DNA of 64,000 nucleotides from Escherichia coli (GTDB lineage Bacteria; Pseudomonadota; Gammaproteobacteria; Enterobacterales; Enterobacteriaceae): NCBI RefSeq assembly GCF_003790525.1, contig NZ_CP033635.1; one strand, 5' to 3'. Shown piece by piece: positions 57,636 to 64,000 of this stretch (position 1 is its first letter; each line of letters starts with the position of its first letter). The notes under the pieces were generated by a model. It saw only the letters and a program-made list of their open reading frames with translations, ran no database searches and was not told where the DNA came from. The position numbers and the translations under genes were made by a program.

Positions 57636-58363
57636 GTAAGCTGATTGTCCCGCAGTGGCCGCTGCCAAAAGGTGTTGCGGCCTGTAGCTCTACTCGTATC
57701 GGCGGCGTGAGCTTGCCCCCGTATGACTCGCTCAACCTCGGTGCCCATTGTGGCGATAACCCGGATCACGTTGAGGAGAATCGCAAGCGACTTTTTGCTG
57801 CGGGCAATTTGCCTTCTAAACCGGTCTGGCTTGAGCAGGTACACGGCAAAGATGTGCTTAAGCTTACTGGCGAACCTTATGCCTCAAAACGAGCAGATGC
57901 CTCTTATAGCAATACGCCCGGCACGGTTTGCGCAGTGATGACTGCCGACTGCCTCCCTGTGCTGTTTTGCAATCGAGCGGGAACGGAAGTCGCCGCCGCT
58001 CATGCTGGCTGGCGTGGACTGTGCGCAGGCGTGCTGGAAGAGACAGTTTCCTGTTTTGCTGATAATCCAGAAAATATTCTCGCCTGGTTAGGGCCGGCAA
58101 TTGGTCCACGCGCGTTTGAAGTGGGGGCGGAGGTTCGCGAGGCGTTTATGGCAGTAGACGCCGAAGCGAGTACAGCTTTCATTCAGCATGGTGATAAGTA
58201 TCTGGCGGACATTTATCAGCTTGCCCGGCAGCGTCTGGCGAGCGTTGGTGTTGAACAAATTTTCGGCGGCGACCGTTGTACATATACGGAAAATGAGACT
58301 TTCTTCTCTTATCGTCGCGACAAGACCACCGGTCGTATGGCAAGTTTCATTTGGCTGATATAA
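57632..58363 (+). CDS. pgeF: Purine nucleoside phosphorylase / peptidoglycan editing factor PgeF (YfiH)
   Basis: 243-aa ORF overlapping the rluD stop; DUF152-type. Confidence 0.92.
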   Translation: MSKLIVPQWPLPKGVAACSSTRIGGVSLPPYDSLNLGAHCGDNPDHVEENRKRLFAAGNLPSKPVWLEQVHGKDVLKLTGEPYASKRADASYSNTPGTVCAVMTADCLPVLFCNRAGTEVAAAHAGWRGLCAGVLEETVSCFADNPENILAWLGPAIGPRAFEVGAEVREAFMAVDAEASTAFIQHGDKYLADIYQLARQRLASVGVEQIFGGDRCTYTENETFFSYRRDKTTGRMASFIWLI

Positions 58364-58492
58364 CCTAAAGAATCAAGACGATCCGGTACGCGTGATTTTC
58401 TTTTCACATTAATCTGGTCAATAACCTTGAATAATTGAGGGATGACCTCATTTAATCTCCAGTAGCAACTTTGATCCGTTATGGGAGGAGTT

Positions 58493-61066
58493 ATGCGTCT
58501 GGATCGTCTTACTAATAAATTCCAGCTTGCTCTTGCCGATGCCCAATCACTTGCACTCGGGCACGACAACCAATTCATCGAACCACTTCATTTAATGAGC
58601 GCCCTGCTGAATCAGGAAGGGGGTTCGGTTAGTCCTTTATTAACATCCGCTGGCATAAATGCTGGCCAGTTGCGCACAGATATCAATCAGGCATTAAATC
58701 GTTTACCGCAGGTTGAAGGTACTGGTGGTGATGTCCAGCCATCACAGGATCTGGTGCGCGTTCTTAATCTTTGCGACAAGCTGGCGCAAAAACGTGGTGA
58801 TAACTTTATCTCGTCAGAACTGTTCGTTCTGGCGGCACTTGAGTCTCGCGGCACGCTGGCCGACATCCTGAAAGCAGCAGGGGCGACCACCGCCAACATT
58901 ACTCAAGCGATTGAACAAATGCGTGGAGGTGAAAGCGTGAACGATCAAGGTGCTGAAGACCAACGTCAGGCTTTGAAAAAATATACCATCGACCTTACCG
59001 AACGAGCCGAACAGGGTAAACTCGATCCGGTGATTGGTCGTGATGAAGAAATTCGCCGTACCATTCAGGTGCTGCAACGTCGTACTAAAAATAACCCGGT
59101 ACTGATTGGTGAACCAGGCGTCGGTAAGACTGCCATCGTTGAAGGTCTGGCGCAGCGTATTATCAACGGCGAAGTGCCCGAAGGGTTGAAAGGCCGCCGC
59201 GTACTGGCGCTGGATATGGGCGCGCTGGTGGCTGGGGCGAAATATCGCGGTGAGTTTGAAGAACGTTTAAAAGGCGTACTTAACGATCTTGCCAAACAGG
59301 AAGGCAACGTCATCCTGTTTATCGACGAATTACATACCATGGTCGGCGCGGGTAAAGCCGATGGCGCAATGGACGCCGGAAACATGCTGAAACCGGCGCT
59401 GGCGCGTGGTGAATTGCACTGCGTAGGTGCCACGACGCTTGACGAATATCGCCAGTACATCGAAAAAGATGCTGCGCTGGAACGTCGTTTCCAGAAAGTG
59501 TTTGTTGCCGAGCCTTCTGTTGAAGATACGATTGCGATTCTGCGTGGCCTGAAAGAACGTTACGAGCTGCACCACCATGTGCAAATTACTGACCCGGCAA
59601 TTGTTGCAGCGGCGACGTTGTCTCATCGCTACATTGCTGACCGTCAGCTGCCAGATAAAGCCATCGACCTGATCGATGAGGCAGCATCCAGCATTCGTAT
59701 GCAGATTGACTCAAAACCAGAAGAACTCGACCGACTCGATCGCCGTATCATCCAGCTCAAACTGGAACAACAGGCGTTAATGAAAGAGTCTGATGAAGCC
59801 AGTAAAAAACGTCTGGATATGCTCAATGAAGAACTGAGCGACAAAGAACGTCAGTACTCCGAGTTAGAAGAAGAGTGGAAAGCAGAGAAAGCATCGCTTT
59901 CTGGTACGCAGACCATTAAAGCGGAACTGGAACAGGCGAAAATCGCTATTGAACAGGCTCGCCGTGTGGGTGACCTGGCGCGGATGTCTGAACTGCAATA
60001 CGGCAAAATCCCGGAACTGGAAAAGCAACTGGAAGCCGCAACGCAGCTCGAAGGCAAAACTATGCGTCTGTTGCGTAATAAAGTGACCGATGCCGAAATT
60101 GCTGAAGTGCTGGCGCGTTGGACGGGGATTCCGGTTTCTCGCATGATGGAAAGCGAGCGCGAAAAACTGCTGCGTATGGAGCAAGAACTGCACCATCGCG
60201 TTATTGGTCAGAACGAAGCGGTTGATGCGGTATCTAACGCTATTCGTCGTAGCCGTGCGGGGCTGGCGGATCCAAATCGCCCGATTGGTTCATTCCTGTT
60301 CCTCGGCCCAACGGGTGTGGGGAAAACTGAGCTTTGTAAGGCGCTGGCGAACTTTATGTTTGATAGCGACGAGGCGATGGTCCGTATCGATATGTCCGAG
60401 TTTATGGAGAAACACTCGGTGTCTCGTCTGGTTGGTGCGCCTCCGGGATATGTCGGTTATGAAGAAGGTGGCTACCTGACCGAAGCGGTGCGTCGTCGTC
60501 CGTATTCCGTCATCCTGCTGGATGAAGTGGAAAAAGCGCATCCGGATGTCTTCAACATTCTGTTGCAGGTACTGGATGATGGGCGTCTGACTGACGGGCA
60601 GGGGAGAACGGTCGACTTCCGTAATACGGTTGTCATTATGACCTCTAACCTCGGTTCCGATTTGATTCAGGAACGCTTCGGTGAACTGGATTATGCGCAC
60701 ATGAAAGAGCTGGTGCTCGGTGTGGTAAGCCATAACTTCCGTCCGGAATTCATTAACCGTATCGATGAAGTGGTGGTCTTCCATCCGCTGGGTGAACAGC
60801 ACATTGCGTCGATTGCGCAGATTCAGTTGAAACGTCTGTATAAACGTCTGGAAGAACGTGGTTATGAAATCCACATTTCTGACGAGGCGCTGAAACTGCT
60901 GAGCGAGAACGGTTACGATCCGGTCTATGGTGCACGTCCTCTGAAACGTGCAATTCAGCAGCAGATCGAAAACCCGCTGGCACAGCAAATACTGTCTGGT
61001 GAATTGGTTCCGGGTAAAGTGATTCGCCTGGAAGTTAATGAAGACCGGATTGTCGCCGTCCAGTAA
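58493..61066 (+). CDS. clpB: Chaperone disaggregase ClpB (two AAA+ modules)
   Basis: [30 protein letters not shown]... with two Walker A sites ([16 protein letters not shown]); GGGAGG Shine-Dalgarno. Track ORF starts 4 codons upstream. Confidence 0.96.
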
Positions 61067-61071
61067 ATGAT

Positions 61072-61100
61072 AAAACGAGCCCTTCGGGGCTCGTTTTTGT
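61072..61100 (+). terminator. clpB intrinsic terminator
   Basis: acgagccc-ttcg-gggctcgt hairpin followed by TTTTT. Confidence 0.85.
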
Positions 61101-61181
61101 CTATAAGTTAGACGGGAAAGACTATATTTAAGATGTTTTGCCTGAAAAATGAGCGAACGATAAAGTTTTTATATTTTCCTC

Positions 61182-61209
61182 TTGTCAGGCCGGAATAACT
61201 CCCTATAAT
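61182..61209 (+). promoter_or_regulatory. rrn operon promoter P1
   Basis: -35 TTGTCA (61182-61187) and -10 TATAAT (61204-61209) with GC-rich discriminator gcgccacc; AT-rich UP-element-like sequence upstream. Confidence 0.8.
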
Positions 61210-61300
61210 GCGCCACCACTGACACAGAACAACGGCAAACACGCCGCCGGGTCAGCGGGGTTCTCCTGAGAATCTCAACAGAGAAAGCAAAAATAAATGC

Positions 61301-61328
61301 TTGACTCTGTAGCGGGAAAGCGTATTAT
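61301..61328 (+). promoter_or_regulatory. rrn operon promoter P2
   Basis: -35 TTGACT (61301-61306) and -10 TATTAT (61323-61328). Confidence 0.75.
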
Positions 61329-61365
61329 GCACACCCCGCGCCGCTGAGAAAAAGCGAAGCGGCAC

Positions 61366-61378
61366 TGCTCTTTAACAA
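61366..61378 (+). promoter_or_regulatory. rrn leader boxA antitermination element
   Basis: TGCTCTTTAACAA matches the rrn boxA consensus. Confidence 0.8.
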
Positions 61379-61509
61379 TTTATCAGACAATCTGTGTGGG
61401 CACTCGAAGATACGGATTCTTAACGTCGCAAGACGAAAAATGAATACCAAGTCTCAAGAGTGAACACGTAATTCATTACGAAGTTTAATTCTTTGAGCAT
61501 CAAACTTTT

Positions 61510-63051
<1,542 letters not shown>

Positions 63052-63136
63052 CCTTAAAGAAGCGTACTTTGAAGTGCTCACACAGATTGTCTGATAGAAA
63101 GTGAAAAGCAAGGCGTCTTGCGAAGCAGACTGATAC

Positions 63137-63212
63137 GTCCCCTTCGTCTAGAGGCCCAGGACACCGCCCTTTCACGGCGGTAACAGGGGTTCGAATCCCC
63201 TAGGGGACGCCA
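63137..63212 (+). tRNA. gltW: tRNA-Glu (anticodon UUC) in the 16S-23S spacer
   Basis: gtccccttcgtctagaggcccaggacaccgcccTTTCACggcggtaacaggggttcgaatcccctaggggacgcca. Confidence 0.93.
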
Positions 63213-63405
63213 CTTGCTGGTTTGTGAGTGAAAGTCACCTGCCTTAATATCTCAAAACTCATCTTCGGGTGACGTTTGAGATATTTGCTCTTTAAAAATC
63301 TGGATCAAGCTGAAAATTGAAACACTGAACAACGAAAGTTGTTCGTGAGTCTCTCAAATTTTCGCAACACGATGATGAATCGCAAGAAACATCTTCGGGT
63401 TGTGA

Positions 63406-64000
63406 GGTTAAGCGACTAAGCGTACACGGTGGATGCCCTGGCAGTCAGAGGCGATGAAGGACGTGCTAATCTGCGATAAGCGTCGGTGAGGTGATATGAA
63501 CCGTTATAACCGGCGATTTCCGAATGGGGAAACCCAGTGTGTTTCGACACACTATCATTAACTGAATCCATAGGTTAATGAGGCGAACCGGGGGAACTGA
63601 AACATCTAAGTACCCCGAGGAAAAGAAATCAACCGAGATTCCCCCAGTAGCGGCGAGCGAACGGGGAGGAGCCCAGAGCCTGAATCAGTGTGTGTGTTAG
63701 TGGAAGCGTCTGGAAAGGCGCGCGATACAGGGTGACAGCCCCGTACACAAAAATGCACATACTGTGAGCTCGATGAGTAGGGCGGGACACGTGGTATCCT
63801 GTCTGAATATGGGGGGACCATCCTCCAAGGCTAAATACTCCTGACTGACCGATAGTGAACCAGTACCGTGAGGGAAAGGCGAAAAGAACCCCGGCGAGGG
63901 GAGTGAAAAAGAACCTGAAACCGTGTACGTACAAGCAGTGGGAGCCTCTTAATGGGGTGACTGCGTACCTTTTGTATAATGGGTCAGCGACTTATATTCT
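63406..64000 (+). rRNA. rrlG: 23S ribosomal RNA, 5' part (continues beyond the window)
   Basis: Starts GGTTAAGCGACTAAGCGTACACGGTGGATGCCCTGGCAGTCAGAGGCGATGAAGG. Confidence 0.95.

Overview
Escherichia coli chromosomal segment, in reverse orientation relative to K-12 numbering, running from emrA/mprA through ygaHZY, proVWX, nrdHIEF, stpA, the csiD-lhgO-gabDTP-csiR cluster, tRNA-Ile2 (ileY), ssrA-smpB, ratAB, recN-nadK-grpE, ffh-rpsP-rimM-trmD-rplS, yfiRNB, aroF-tyrA/pheLA, raiA-bamD-rluD-pgeF-clpB and into the rrnG operon (16S, tRNA-Glu, start of 23S). Most of the window is conserved core genome that I recognise by reading the ORF translations; comparisons to K-12 are from memory, not a database search. 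I did not find a convincing novel multi-gene system. The content that departs from the core is: (i) a visibly AT-rich islet on both sides of ileY carrying an intact 750-aa GH13 alpha-amylase-like ORF, a decayed pentapeptide-repeat-like gene with two in-frame amber stops, a Pin-like serine recombinase remnant and the large autotransporter ypjA; (ii) an ssrA (tmRNA) 3' end with no prophage attached (ypjA lies 160 bp away, no integrase); (iii) a divergent AhpD-like / MocR-type regulator gene pair between nrdH and ygaM; (iv) an AT-rich orphan gene for a very acidic 213-aa protein between grpE and yfjD; (v) ygaY as one uninterrupted ORF. No CRISPR array, intact integrase or transposase was seen. 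GC content statements are by eye, not computed.
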